Shown here in pieces: positions 51,268-62,351 of a DNA stretch of 64,000 nucleotides. The first letter of the stretch is position 1; every line of letters begins with the position of its first letter. Under the pieces are notes generated by a model, which was given only the letters and a program-made list of their open reading frames with translations, searched no databases and was not told where the DNA came from. Origin of the DNA: a virus (Duplodnaviria; Heunggongvirae; Uroviricota; Caudoviricetes); IMG/VR virus record IMGVR_UViG_3300033463_000007, positions 159,865-223,864 of that record, one strand, 5' to 3'. Position numbers and translations under genes: made by a program.

Positions 51268-53037
51268 ATGTCTAGTTTATTTGGTGATGAATTTGAAATT
51301 AAAATTAAAGAACCAGTAGTTAAAGATTTAATTAATAAAACAAAAGCTAAGAAAGAAGCAGAGATTGATCCTGAAAAGCTTTTAAAATCAAAGAAGACCT
51401 CTTTACTCGATAGATTAGCTCTTATTAATGAAAATGTATCTAAAATTTTGGGTAAGCAAAAACATAATGTTTTAGTAATTAAAGATAAACAAACATTTGA
51501 AAATTATATTACTGAAGCCATTAAATCCGGTCGAATCGCAATAGATACAGAAACTAATAATTCAACAGACCCCGTAACTTGTAAATTAATGGGTCCTTGT
51601 TTCTATTATCCTGGTGGTAAACAGGCTTATGTACCTATTAATCATAGAAATCCGGAAACAAAAGAACGGCTTTCATGGCAATTAACAGAACAGGACTGTC
51701 AGGAGCAGTTTAAAAGACTTGTTGATAGCCATAATGAAATTATAATGCATAATGGCAAATTTGACTATGAAGTTATTAAATGTACATGTGGAATCGAAGT
51801 TGTTCCAGATTGGGATACTCTAATTGCTGCAAGATTAATAGATGAAAATACATTTAAAGATGCTGCTATTGGCCTTAAATCACTATATACTAAATATATT
51901 GATCCGGAGCAAGAAAAATACTCAATAGATCATTTATTTGCAAATGTTACATATGCTGATGTAGATCCAGATATTTTTGCTTTATATGCTGCCACAGACT
52001 CAATGATGACTGATAAAGTATATATTTGGGAGCATAAAACTTTTTATGATTTACCAGAAAATCAACCTGTATTAAATTTGCTTAGAACTATTGAAATGCC
52101 GATTATTCAGGTTACAGCTGAAATAGAATTACGCGGTGTTTTTATTGATCAGGAGCTTGGTGAAAGACTTAAGATAAAATATAATAATCAACTTAATGAA
52201 TTAGATAATAAAATTAATCAAATTCTAGTAGATATAAAACCGATTATTTCAACTTGGCGGCTTACAAAAGATGCAGTAGATCAAGCTAAACAATATGTTT
52301 CCGCAAAATCTAAAATGACAGCTGAAAAAATTGAAACAACATATCCTTTTATTGATAAGGATGGCAGACGTTATAAAATTGGTAAATCAAAGTCAGAACA
52401 GCTACCTGAAGATGTAAATCTTGCATCTCCTACACAACTTGCTATTTTATTGTATGATATTTTAGGTTGCCCAGTAATTGATAAAAAGAATCCAAGGGCT
52501 ACAGGTGAAGAAGAAATTGGTAAAATTGTTGAGAAATTAGAGTCAAAGGAGACAAATGATATTAAAGTAGCCGCGGCTAAACAGCTTTGTAGTAGCATTT
52601 TGCAGCGTAGAGGCTTAGCTAAGTTAATTACTACTTATATTGATGTTATTCCTGACTTGGCAAAGCATTGGCCAGACGGTAGAATTAGATATAGATTAAA
52701 TTCAACCGGCACAGACACAGGTCGTTTTGCCTCTGGTGGCAAGTTTAAATTCCTAGATGAAAATGAAAACCCAGTAGAATTAAACTCAATTAATAGCCAA
52801 AATTTACCTTCTCATAATGCAGAAATTAGACTTTTATTTAAAGCCAGTGAAATTTATAATAAATGTTATTGTAATGATGATGTTTATAAGATTCAAGTCG
52901 GTGATGAAGTTGAAACTATTGATGGCTGGAAAAATGTTAAAGAATTAAAAGTTGGTGATGTTATTATTGGTGATGAAAGTCAGGATACTATTATTAATAT
53001 AGTTCAAAAAGAGCAAACTTATTTAATTTATATTTAA
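51268..53037 (+). CDS. polA: DNA polymerase I (family A), 3'-5' exo + N-terminal part of polymerase domain (exon 1 to ~52857; remaining 60 codons are in-frame read-through into the insertion)
   Basis: IAIDTETN (Exo I), HNGKFDYEV (Exo II), RIRYRLNSTGTDTGRFASGG and NLPSHNAEIRLLFKASEIY align to Klenow RIHTSFNQTGTATGRLSS and NLQNIP...IRQAFIAPEDY. Confidence 0.7.
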   Translation: MSSLFGDEFEIKIKEPVVKDLINKTKAKKEAEIDPEKLLKSKKTSLLDRLALINENVSKILGKQKHNVLVIKDKQTFENYITEAIKSGRIAIDTETNNSTDPVTCKLMGPCFYYPGGKQAYVPINHRNPETKERLSWQLTEQDCQEQFKRLVDSHNEIIMHNGKFDYEVIKCTCGIEVVPDWDTLIAARLIDENTFKDAAIGLKSLYTKYIDPEQEKYSIDHLFANVTYADVDPDIFALYAATDSMMTDKVYIWEHKTFYDLPENQPVLNLLRTIEMPIIQVTAEIELRGVFIDQELGERLKIKYNNQLNELDNKINQILVDIKPIISTWRLTKDAVDQAKQYVSAKSKMTAEKIETTYPFIDKDGRRYKIGKSKSEQLPEDVNLASPTQLAILLYDILGCPVIDKKNPRATGEEEIGKIVEKLESKETNDIKVAAAKQLCSSILQRRGLAKLITTYIDVIPDLAKHWPDGRIRYRLNSTGTDTGRFASGGKFKFLDENENPVELNSINSQNLPSHNAEIRLLFKASEIYNKCYCNDDVYKIQVGDEVETIDGWKNVKELKVGDVIIGDESQDTIINIVQKEQTYLIYI

Positions 53038-53101
53038 TTTTTTATCTTGACCGGTAAAATCAGTGCTAAATTAATTAGATTAATATTTTGGAGGTTTAAT
53101 T

Positions 53102-53896
53102 ATGGCATATGGTTTTATTTATAAAATAATAACTACAGCTTCTAATAAAGTTTATATTGGACAAACAACTAGAACTATTGAAGAACGTTACCAAGAGCAT
53201 TTGAAAGCAAGAAATAGTAAAGATAAAAATACTTTACATTTATATCTTGCTATGAATAGGTATGGCGTTGATACTTTTAGTGTTGAAAAAATTGATGAAG
53301 CTAATACACAAGAAGAACTAAATCAAAAAGAAATATATTGAATTAATTTTTATGATTCAATGAATAATGGATATAATATGGCACCTGGTGGTAGCATAAA
53401 TATTTTTGAATCTGAAAAAGTTAGAAAAAAACATGCAGCAAGCATGCGTGATCCAAAAACACGAGAAAAAATTTCTAAAACAATGCATGAGCTTAGAACT
53501 ACTTTTGGCTTTTCTGAGGAACATAAAAAAAAGATACGTGAATCAAGTCGAAAGCGAAAAGAAGAACGGGCAAAGTTAGGTTTAAAATATTATGATGATT
53601 GTTCACATTGTGCAACTAGATCAAAAGCAGTTTATTGTATATTAGATACCGGTGAAAAATTTGAATTTGATTCTATTTTACACGCTGGTAAATGATGATA
53701 TGAAACATACAAACCCTTTGGTGAAACTTATTCTACTGCTACCTATCAAAGAAAAATTGAAGCCTCTATTGCGGGTAAAGAAATTATTTTCCAATCCGGA
53801 CATGACAGTAGAAGTCAAGGTAAAAAAAATATTATTATTAAAATAACTAATATAAAATGATTTTATAAAGATAATTGAAATGGAGGTGATGCCTAA
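53102..53896 (+). CDS. GIY-YIG homing endonuclease inserted within polA (intron-encoded)
   Basis: GFIYKIITTASNKVYIGQTTRTIEERYQEHL GIY-YIG motif; ORFs 53102..53341 and 53360..53695 same frame joined by TGA; preceded by GTGCTAAATTAATTAG motif and RBS GGAGG. Confidence 0.7.
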
Positions 53897-55066
53897 TGAA
53901 AAAGTCTGTCAATATTCGCACAAAATATCGAATTGTTGGTTCAGACTATTCTTAAGTCCGGTCAGGAATTACGACTAGCTGCTTTTATTAGTCAAGATAA
54001 AAAATTACTTGATGCTTATGCAAATAATCAAGATGCTTATGCTATTATTGCAAGCACAATTTTTAATGTACCATATGAAGAATGCCTAGAATTTTATCCA
54101 GCTGGTACTGAGCTAGAAATTGGTGGCCAAAAGGTTATTGCCGGTAATAAAACTCATTTAAATCCAGATGGTAAGGCAAGAAGATCTGTTGGTAAAACAA
54201 TGGTGCTTGCTGGAAACTATGGAATGTCAGGTGCTGGTGCTGGTTCTCTTATGAAGAAAACAGCTAAAGAAGGCAAAGAACTCCTCGAAAAATATTTTCA
54301 GATGTTTACCGGACTTGGTAGTGCTATAGAAAAAGCAAAGGCAGATTTAAAAAAGACTGGTTACGTTGAAGGTCTTTGTGGGCGTAGACGTAGGCTGCCA
54401 GATATTTTTCTTTCTCCCTATGAAGTAAAATATAAAGATCCTGCTAAATTAGAGCAGCAGAATTTTAATCCATTTATAAATTGTCAAAATAGAAATTATA
54501 TTGATCCAACACTTCAGAAATATATTACAAAAACTAATTTTTGTAAAAATAATACTGACTATGAAGCTTTGGTACAGGAAGCTGCTAAAGATGGTGTAAT
54601 TGTACAGGCTAATACAGGTAGAATTGCGCAGGCAGAGAGACAGTGTTTTAATGCTTTAATTCAGGGCGCCGCTGGTACACTTACTAAAAAAGCTATGATT
54701 GATATTTTCAACGATGAACAATTAAGAGCTTGGGATACACATTTAATTGTTACAGTACATGATGAAGTATTAGTTGAATGTAAAGAAGAATATGCAGACT
54801 TGGTTGAGCAAAGATTACCGGAAATTATGATTAATGCAGCTAAAGAACTTGGCATTGAAGCGCCCAGTATGAAATGTGATCCGTATAATGTTACTAGATG
54901 GTATGCAGATAATGCAGCAGCAGCAATTTTAAAAGAATATAATAAAGCTGTTGAAAAAGGAAAGTCAAATGAAGAGGCTCTTGAAAAAGTTATTCAAGAG
55001 CATGAGGAAATTCCAGGAGAAGCCATTATTAAAACAGTTGAAACTGGTTGTGATTTAAATTTTTAA
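53897..55066 (+). CDS. polA: DNA polymerase I C-terminal part (motifs A, B, C); contains a 7-nt frame discontinuity inside motif A at 53947-53953
   Basis: Frame a: MKKSVNIRTKYRIVGSDYS-TAA (motif A Asp); frame b from 53954: GQELRLAAFISQD..., RRSVGKTMVLAGNYG (motif B), VHDEVLVE (motif C). Confidence 0.6.
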
Positions 55067-55082
55067 ATAGAGGGTGATAAAT

Positions 55083-56213
55083 ATGGTATTAAAGACTCAA
55101 TTATTTCAAGAAACTTGTAAAACGATTTTAATGGCTGTAGATAGTTCTAATTATGCAGCTAACCTTGAGTTAATAACAGATCAAAATATTTTATATTTAA
55201 ATGTTACAAATAGAGAATATTATGTAAGTATTAAGTACCAATTAGACCAAGAAGAAAATTTTCATGCAGTATTAAATGCACAATTATTTTTAAATTTAAT
55301 TACTACAATTACTGCTGATACTTTTATATTAGAATCAAAAGATAATATAGTAATTATTAAAACAGGAAAAAGTACTTATAAACTGCCTTTAATTTTTGAA
55401 AATGATACATTATTAAAATTACCTACAATTTCAATAGATAATATAACGGTATCAATGCCAATTAAGCTAGAAATTTTAAATAGTATTGTAAATGTTAATC
55501 GTAAAGAGTTTTTAAAGCTTAAAAATCGTGACACTGCGACCATAAATTTACTTAATAAGTTTTATTATATTGATGAAGATGGTTGTTTTAATTATACAGA
55601 TGGTGGAACACTTAATACTTTTAAACTTGATAAACCTGTAAAGTTAGCATTAACTGATAATATTGTAAAATTATTTAAACTCTTTAAAACAGATGTATTT
55701 TTTGATTTTGGGCATAATTTACTTTCAAATGGAGTGGTTCAAACAGTAGCTATTTTTAAATCAGATACTACATATTTAGCAATTAATGCAATATCAGATT
55801 CTACTATACTTAGTAAACTTCAAACTTGTTGTGGTATATTAAAAAGATATGTTTCAGATTTGTATGAAACCACTATAACGGTTGATGCTAATACCTTATT
55901 AGCAGCACTTAATAGACTTTTACTTTTTACAAAAAATAGTTATGCTGATACTAAGCTGTTTGCAATTTATATGAAATTTACAATTACACCGACAGAACTT
56001 TTAATTTCAGATAATATGAATAATACAGAAAGTATTGTAATAGAAAATAGTATTTCGTCTAATTATGAAATGCAATTAAATTTGATGGATTTAAAACTTT
56101 TACTAGAGGCTTGTAAAAATGAGCATATTACTATAAATTGCGGAAATCATAAGGTAGTTATTATTAAACATGGACTTATAAGTCATATGCTACCTGAGAA
56201 AGTTGGAAATTAA
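55083..56213 (+). CDS. Probable DNA polymerase sliding clamp (beta/DnaN-like)
   Basis: Size (377 aa), position adjacent to polA and clamp loader genes; weak direct motif evidence. Confidence 0.35.
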   Translation: MVLKTQLFQETCKTILMAVDSSNYAANLELITDQNILYLNVTNREYYVSIKYQLDQEENFHAVLNAQLFLNLITTITADTFILESKDNIVIIKTGKSTYKLPLIFENDTLLKLPTISIDNITVSMPIKLEILNSIVNVNRKEFLKLKNRDTATINLLNKFYYIDEDGCFNYTDGGTLNTFKLDKPVKLALTDNIVKLFKLFKTDVFFDFGHNLLSNGVVQTVAIFKSDTTYLAINAISDSTILSKLQTCCGILKRYVSDLYETTITVDANTLLAALNRLLLFTKNSYADTKLFAIYMKFTITPTELLISDNMNNTESIVIENSISSNYEMQLNLMDLKLLLEACKNEHITINCGNHKVVIIKHGLISHMLPEKVGN

Positions 56214-56216
56214 TCT

Positions 56217-56687
56217 ATGAAACCAGACCTTGGAAAAAAATTTGAGGAGCTTTTTAAGTTAGACTGAAAAAGATGCTTTCCAGATACTTTTATTTTTAGA
56301 CTAAAAGATGATTTAGCTGGATTTAAAAATGCTAGTCAAAATCCTTGTGATTTTATGTGTTTTCCAGGAAACTACTTATTTTTAGTTGAAACCAAAGAAC
56401 ACCATGGCGCCTCGATCCCGTTTACAGCAATTCCTCAATATGAAAGATTATTAAAATATAAAGATTTACCAAATGTATATCCCGGTGTTATAATCTGATT
56501 TTCAGAAAAAGATCTAGTAATGTGAGTTAGCATCAATGATATGGAAAAAATGGTTTTAAATGGTGAAAAATCAATTGGAATAAGAATGCTAAAAAATAAA
56601 TTGTATAATATAATAGTTTTACCGTCAGTTAAAAAACGGGTATATTTAGAAGTTGATTATACACCTTTAATACCCAAGGAGGATTAA
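56217..56687 (+). CDS. PD-(D/E)xK nuclease (RecU-like Holliday junction resolvase candidate)
   Basis: PCDFMCFPGNYLFLVETKE D...E-x-K motif; 3 TGA=W. Confidence 0.35.
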
Positions 56688-56688
56688 T

Positions 56689-57210
56689 ATGACTGAAAAA
56701 TTGGAAAAAGCTAAACGTGAGGTTGATGAAACTTATAATTTATTATTAGAAGCCGTTAGAGATGTCACTGCACAATATACAGCTGAGCTTGATGGAATTG
56801 TTAAGGAATTATCAAAAGGAATTAATTTATTTTCTAATACAGAACTTTGGGATTTTCAAGTTAGACTAAGTATTGCTGCTTATGTTCTTGGTAATGCAAA
56901 AGAACAGAGCTCATTAAAAGAGGCTTGTGCAGAAGCTCTTTATAAAGAAAATTTAGCTCGTGCTTTTAATACTTCTGTAGGTACACAGGAAGCTAAAAAG
57001 CAAGCTTCAATTCTTGATTCTACAGATAAGCAAGCAATTTCTATGCTATATGCCTCTGTAGCAAGTCTATTAAAAACTAAATGTGATGAGGCTCATAGAC
57101 TGGTAAATGTATTACAAGGCATTCAAATTTCACGGGCTGCAGAAGCAAAAATTTCAGCAAGTCCAAGAAGTGAATCAGAACGACAAATTTTATTAGAAGA
57201 TATTAGATAA
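56689..57210 (+). CDS. Hypothetical helical protein
   Basis: 173-aa ORF. Confidence 0.35.
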   Translation: MTEKLEKAKREVDETYNLLLEAVRDVTAQYTAELDGIVKELSKGINLFSNTELWDFQVRLSIAAYVLGNAKEQSSLKEACAEALYKENLARAFNTSVGTQEAKKQASILDSTDKQAISMLYASVASLLKTKCDEAHRLVNVLQGIQISRAAEAKISASPRSESERQILLEDIR

Positions 57211-57223
57211 AGGAGAATAAATA

Positions 57224-58450
57224 ATGGCAGAAGTAAAACAATTGTCATTTAAAGATGTAGTTAAAAAAATTAATAAAGCATGCAAGGATTGAGATATTTT
57301 GGGTTCTGGTAATTTTTCTCAGAACTTAAAAAAATTGTCTCTAGGTACACTTGGTTTTGATTGTCCTTTTAAAGGTGGTTTGCCATATGGGCAAATTGTT
57401 ACATTTAGTGGTGTTGAGCACTCAGGAAAATCTACTGCAGCGGTACTTGCTATGGCTCAATACCAAAAAGAAAACCCAGATAAAATTTGTATCTATGTTG
57501 ATGCCGAAAATACACTTTTAACACAGTCTGATTATTTTCAATCAATTTCATCAATTAGTTATGATGAAAATCATTTTGTTAGATATGATTGTACAGGTAG
57601 ATCTGCAGAAGAAATTTTTCAGGATTTAATTATGCTTCAAGAAACTGAAGAAGTTGGTATGATTGTGATTGATTCTTCCAGAGCACTTATTTCACAAGCA
57701 GATCTTGATAATGAATTTGTAAAAGATAATGGACAACGAGCAAGTGTCGCAAAACCTATTGGTAAATTTATTAAACAAATGATGATGTATTTACCAAAAA
57801 GAAATAATATTCTGTTAATTATTAATCAGGTTACAGTTGAAAAAAGTTTATATGCCACTACTTATACTGAACCAGGTGGATATGCTTTAAAATATTTTCC
57901 ATCTCTAAAGGTTAGATTTGGTACCCGTACTTATACAGCTGGCGATAAAACTGATATTACACAGTCAAAGGTTGATGAAAAAGTTGATGGTATTAGGTTG
58001 CATTTTGCGATTGTTAAAAGCCGTTTGGGTGCAATTGGAAAAGACGGTGGTTTTATTACTATCCGTTATAATAGCGGAGTAGATACTGTTTTTGATCTAC
58101 TAGAAGTTGCATTAAAGGCTGGATTTATCAAAACACCCACTAATAAGTCTTATGTTCTAACTAATCTGTTAACCGGTGAAACTTATAGAGATGGCGAAAA
58201 TGAGCTTGTCTTTGAAGCAAGTCGTGGTGCTGATGCTTATGCTGCATTAGTAAATTATTTATGTAGTAATCCTGTTTTTGTTAATGAATATTCAAAAATG
58301 ATTAATGAATATTTATCACAAAACAAAGTTAAAGTTGATTTAATTGATGAACAGATTATTAATGATTTAATGAAACAAGAGAGTGAAATTATGGGTGACG
58401 TTGAAATGACTGATACTCAGGCGCTTGCTGCAGATGGAGTAGATGAATAA
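57224..58450 (+). CDS. RecA/UvsX-like recombinase
   Basis: GGLPYGQIVTFSGVEHSGKST Walker A, IVIDSSRAL Walker B region; one N-terminal TGA (CKD-W-DIL). Confidence 0.65.
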
Positions 58451-58454
58451 TAAA

Positions 58455-58847
58455 ATGAGTAATAGCTTTAGAATTCATAATACTGAAGATACAAAAAATC
58501 ATAGTACTCGTTGATATTCATCAAGACAGGAAGCAGTTGTTGCAAAAACTGTAGATGGCAAACAAATGCCGAATAGCGGAGCTACAACATTTCTTCCAGG
58601 AGATGTTAGTATTGATAATTTATTTTCACTTGAATGTAAAACAAAAACAACTAATTCAGAGTCTATTTCTGTTAAACGTGAATGGTTTGAAAAACAAATT
58701 AAAGAAACTATACAATCCGGAAAAAAATATAGTGCTGTAGTTATTAATTTTGGTCCAGATAATCCATATAACAAAAATTATTATATTATTGATGAGTATC
58801 TTTTTCAAGAGCTACTTGACTATTTAAAGGAAAAACCTAATGATTAG
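58455..58847 (+). CDS. Small PD-(D/E)xK-like nuclease candidate
   Basis: PGDVSIDNLFSLECKTK pattern; one TGA=W. Confidence 0.3.
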
Positions 58848-59205
58848 ACCCTATATTCAAAAACAGCTAAATAAATGTAGTTTTGCTAAACTTGATAATT
58901 TTGATACAAAAACAAATACTTATCATATTGCAAAGTATACAAAACCAAGATATGAAGTAGGTAAAGGTTATTTAATTAAAATTCCTAAATATCTAATTAA
59001 TAATAATACATCTATTTTAGCAACTAATTGAAATAGTGGTAGATCACCACAAAATGAATATTATAAAGCATATGTTAATAAATTTATGGGATCATATATT
59101 TATGTAGATTGTTTGGCTTATGATTACCAAAATCAGCAAGATTTATCAAGTATGTGGTTTGGTTGGCTTGATGTTAATGAACTACAGCAATTAAGTATTT
59201 TATAA
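58840..59205 (+). CDS. Hypothetical protein
   Basis: ORF 58840..59031 extended through TGA to TAA at 59203. Confidence 0.3.
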
Positions 59206-59272
59206 TTAAAAGGGCCAATTTTTAAGGCCCTTTATTGTATATTATATTAAGAAATTTATAAATCGAGGTGAA

Positions 59273-60328
59273 ATGATAGTGTCAAACACCTATGGCTCTT
59301 TAGCTGCAAAATGCAGACCTGATACTTTAGATAAAATTTTAGGTCAGCCAATTACAATTAAAATTTTATCTGAACAGCTAAAACGGCGGCTATTTAAAAA
59401 TGTTTATTTATTTACAGGACAAACCGGTATTGGCAAAACAACGGTTGCTAGGTGCTTTGCCAATGCAATTAATAATAATATTGGTTATCCTATTGAAATA
59501 GATGCTGCATCAAATAATTCTGTTGAAGATGCACGAGCATTAGTCGCAGCTGCACATGAAAGGGCTCTTGTTGGAGAATATAAAATTTATATTATTGATG
59601 AATGTCATATGTTAAGTACAGCTGCTTGGAATGTTCTTTTAAAATGCTTAGAAGAATGTCCTAAATATACAATTTTTATGCTGTGTACAACTGAAAAATA
59701 TAAAGTACCAAAGACTATCCAAAATAGGGCGCAATGTTTTAATTTAGTTCCAATTGCACCAGAAATTATTAAAAAAAGATTAGAAGAAGTTTGTAATTTA
59801 CAAGGTTTTTTAAACTATAATGAAACTTGTGATTTTATAAGTAAAATAGTTGATGGAAGTCTTCGTACAGCTTTAAATTATCTAGAACAGTGTGCCGATT
59901 ATTCAATTGATTTAAGTTTAACAAATGCTAAGCAAGTATTAAATCATTTATCTTATGAAGTTTTGTTTAAACTTACCTGGGCTATTTTTGAACAAAATGA
60001 ACCAGAAATAATTAATACTATTGATACATTATTTAATACTGGATATGATTTAAAAACTTTTATTGATTGGTATTTAAATTTTATATTAGATCTTTTGAAA
60101 TATACTTTATTTAACCAAAATATAAAAGTAACAAGTATCCCAGAATATTTGGCAACTGAAAATAATGCAGTAGTTCAGTATACTGTAAATCAGCCGGCTA
60201 GCGTAGCAAAATTTAATTTTATTTTAGATCAATTATTGGATCTTAAACAACTTATTAAGTATGACTTAAATTATAAAAATACAATTCTTATTAAATTTTT
60301 ACAAATAGCAAGAGAATTAAATGGCTAA
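59273..60328 (+). CDS. Clamp loader ATPase (DnaX/gp44-like AAA+)
   Basis: YLFTGQTGIGKTTVARCFA Walker A, IYIIDECHML Walker B, SRC-like region. Confidence 0.6.
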   Translation: MIVSNTYGSLAAKCRPDTLDKILGQPITIKILSEQLKRRLFKNVYLFTGQTGIGKTTVARCFANAINNNIGYPIEIDAASNNSVEDARALVAAAHERALVGEYKIYIIDECHMLSTAAWNVLLKCLEECPKYTIFMLCTTEKYKVPKTIQNRAQCFNLVPIAPEIIKKRLEEVCNLQGFLNYNETCDFISKIVDGSLRTALNYLEQCADYSIDLSLTNAKQVLNHLSYEVLFKLTWAIFEQNEPEIINTIDTLFNTGYDLKTFIDWYLNFILDLLKYTLFNQNIKVTSIPEYLATENNAVVQYTVNQPASVAKFNFILDQLLDLKQLIKYDLNYKNTILIKFLQIARELNG

Positions 60329-61115
60329 CTCAATTATTGGACAGGAAAAAATTTTAGATAAATTAAATAGTTATACACTACAAACATTACCTAGAACTTT
60401 ATTGTTTTTAGGTGAGGTTGGAAGTGGAAGACATACTTTAATTAATTATATTACTGAAAAATTTAATCTAGCAAGAATAGAATTAACAGAAGATTTTTTG
60501 ATTTCTAATTTTGATCTACCTGTAATACCAACAATGTATATAATTGATTTAGATTTATTTACCGAAAAACAGCAAAATCAATTTTTAAAATTTATTGAAG
60601 AGCCATCAAATTTTGCTTATATTGCACTTATTGCTAGATCAGATATTAATATTTTATCTACAGTACTAAATCGTTGTTTGAAATTGCCTCTTGCTATCTA
60701 TACAAAATCACAGTTAAAGGAAATTTGTCCAATAGCTTCTGATTTAGGTTTACAATTAAACTTGACACCCGGCAATTTAAAAACCGTTGATTTTAAACAG
60801 CTTGACCAATTATATTCTCTAGTTGAATCTTTTTTAAAAAATATTAAAAGTTATTCACTAGTGGAGTATTTAAAGCAAGCATTATTATTAAATTATAAAG
60901 AAAATTATAATAAATATGATTATACTTTATTTTTAAAATTAATTCTTTATATTTCATATAATATTTATAGTACTGAAAAAAATATATTATATTTAAGAAT
61001 TTATATATTTACAACTAAATGTTGTCAAGAATTATTGTATAAAAATATAGATAAAAATAATTTTATCTTAAATTATTTAATAAATTTAAAGGAGATTATA
61101 ACCCATGAATCTTAA
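60321..61115 (+). CDS. Clamp loader accessory subunit (delta-prime/gp62-like)
   Basis: LLFLGEVGSGRHTL degenerate P-loop; adjacent to AAA+ subunit. Confidence 0.4.
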   Translation: MANSIIGQEKILDKLNSYTLQTLPRTLLFLGEVGSGRHTLINYITEKFNLARIELTEDFLISNFDLPVIPTMYIIDLDLFTEKQQNQFLKFIEEPSNFAYIALIARSDINILSTVLNRCLKLPLAIYTKSQLKEICPIASDLGLQLNLTPGNLKTVDFKQLDQLYSLVESFLKNIKSYSLVEYLKQALLLNYKENYNKYDYTLFLKLILYISYNIYSTEKNILYLRIYIFTTKCCQELLYKNIDKNNFILNYLINLKEIITHES

Positions 61116-61440
61116 GGATATCACAGAAAAAGCTGCTTCCCTTGAAGATCTAAAAATTGAAATCATTGCAAGAAATACTGCCATTTCTGTAATGGTTAAT
61201 GTCATTAATGCCTATCTACAGGTACACAGTCTTTCTCAAGTAGAGATTGAAGCAATTCAGAAGGCACTTGATAATGAAAATAATCAGGCCATTTCTCTTA
61301 TGACCGTGCTTGGTAATGCGCTCTCTATTACAGAGCCTCCTGCAGCACCTACAGAGACTGAAGCACCTGCAGATGGAACAGATACACCCGCAGTGGAAGC
61401 TGTAACGGAAACTACTACTGAAACAACAGAAGAGGCATAA
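61105..61440 (+). CDS. Hypothetical protein with acidic Thr/Glu-rich tail
   Basis: 111-aa ORF. Confidence 0.3.
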   Translation: MNLKDITEKAASLEDLKIEIIARNTAISVMVNVINAYLQVHSLSQVEIEAIQKALDNENNQAISLMTVLGNALSITEPPAAPTETEAPADGTDTPAVEAVTETTTETTEEA

Positions 61441-61442
61441 TA

Positions 61443-62342
61443 ATGGAATTACAAGAATTAAAAAATAAAATTTTGACGAATACTTTGTCTGATAGTTTTT
61501 TAATTCTGGTATATTCTGATACCGATTTTATTGTAAATCAGTATATAGATCAAATCTGTAATATAAAAAATTATAATAAAATTATAGTTCAAACACTTGC
61601 AGATGTAAATAACTTAAAGAATAAATTATTTGGTGCCGATCAAGATTTATATATAATATGTAATGATACTTTTTCAGAAGATTTTTTAGATTATAGTATT
61701 TTTACAAATTGTATTATTTCTTGTAAAAATATAGATAAAAATATATTTGATAAGGTTAAAAATTATATAGTTACTGTACCTGCTCCAGTTTCTTGGCAGG
61801 TACAGGATTATATGAAAGTTATCTGTCCGGGGTTAGATTTAAATAATTATAATTGGCTATATGAGACAGCAGAACATGATTTATATAAAATTACTAATGA
61901 GCTAGATAAATTAACTTTATTTGATATTACTGATAAACAACAAATTTATAATTTTATAAAATTTGATAAATTTGGTAGTATATATAATATAACACAAACA
62001 CAATTAGCAAATAGTATAGAAACTTTAGATAAAATTAAGTTAAATGATTATTTAATTTATCAACAAAATTGTGATATTGAAGCTATTGGACTCATAAAAA
62101 TTTTAATTTATTATTTTAAGTTAATTTTTTATATAAAATATGTAAAAGCAACAGCTAATGAGCTAGCAATTTCAGATAAACAATATTTTTATTTAAATAA
62201 AAATATAAATTTATCTAGCCAATTTTTAATATTAGCTCTTAAATTTTTATCTGAATTAGATTTAAAAATTAAAGAGGGTAGAATTGAATTACAAAATAAT
62301 ATTTTAGTAAGTTATATTATTTGTAGATTATTGAGCTTCTAG
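61443..62342 (+). CDS. Hypothetical protein (possible clamp-loader delta-like subunit)
   Basis: Position within clamp loader cluster only. Confidence 0.25.
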   Translation: MELQELKNKILTNTLSDSFLILVYSDTDFIVNQYIDQICNIKNYNKIIVQTLADVNNLKNKLFGADQDLYIICNDTFSEDFLDYSIFTNCIISCKNIDKNIFDKVKNYIVTVPAPVSWQVQDYMKVICPGLDLNNYNWLYETAEHDLYKITNELDKLTLFDITDKQQIYNFIKFDKFGSIYNITQTQLANSIETLDKIKLNDYLIYQQNCDIEAIGLIKILIYYFKLIFYIKYVKATANELAISDKQYFYLNKNINLSSQFLILALKFLSELDLKIKEGRIELQNNILVSYIICRLLSF

Positions 62343-62351
62343 GAGGCTATA

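Noticed and set aside
52858-53037. The in-frame extension after polA exon 1 (CYCNDDVYKIQVGDEVETIDGWKNVKELKVGDVIIGDE) resembles an intein N-terminal Hint block.
   Set aside because: The ORF terminates with TAA after 60 codons and downstream coding switches frame. There is no block B (TxxH) or C-terminal HN. The insert carries a free-standing GIY-YIG gene with its own RBS. An intron interpretation is more parsimonious.
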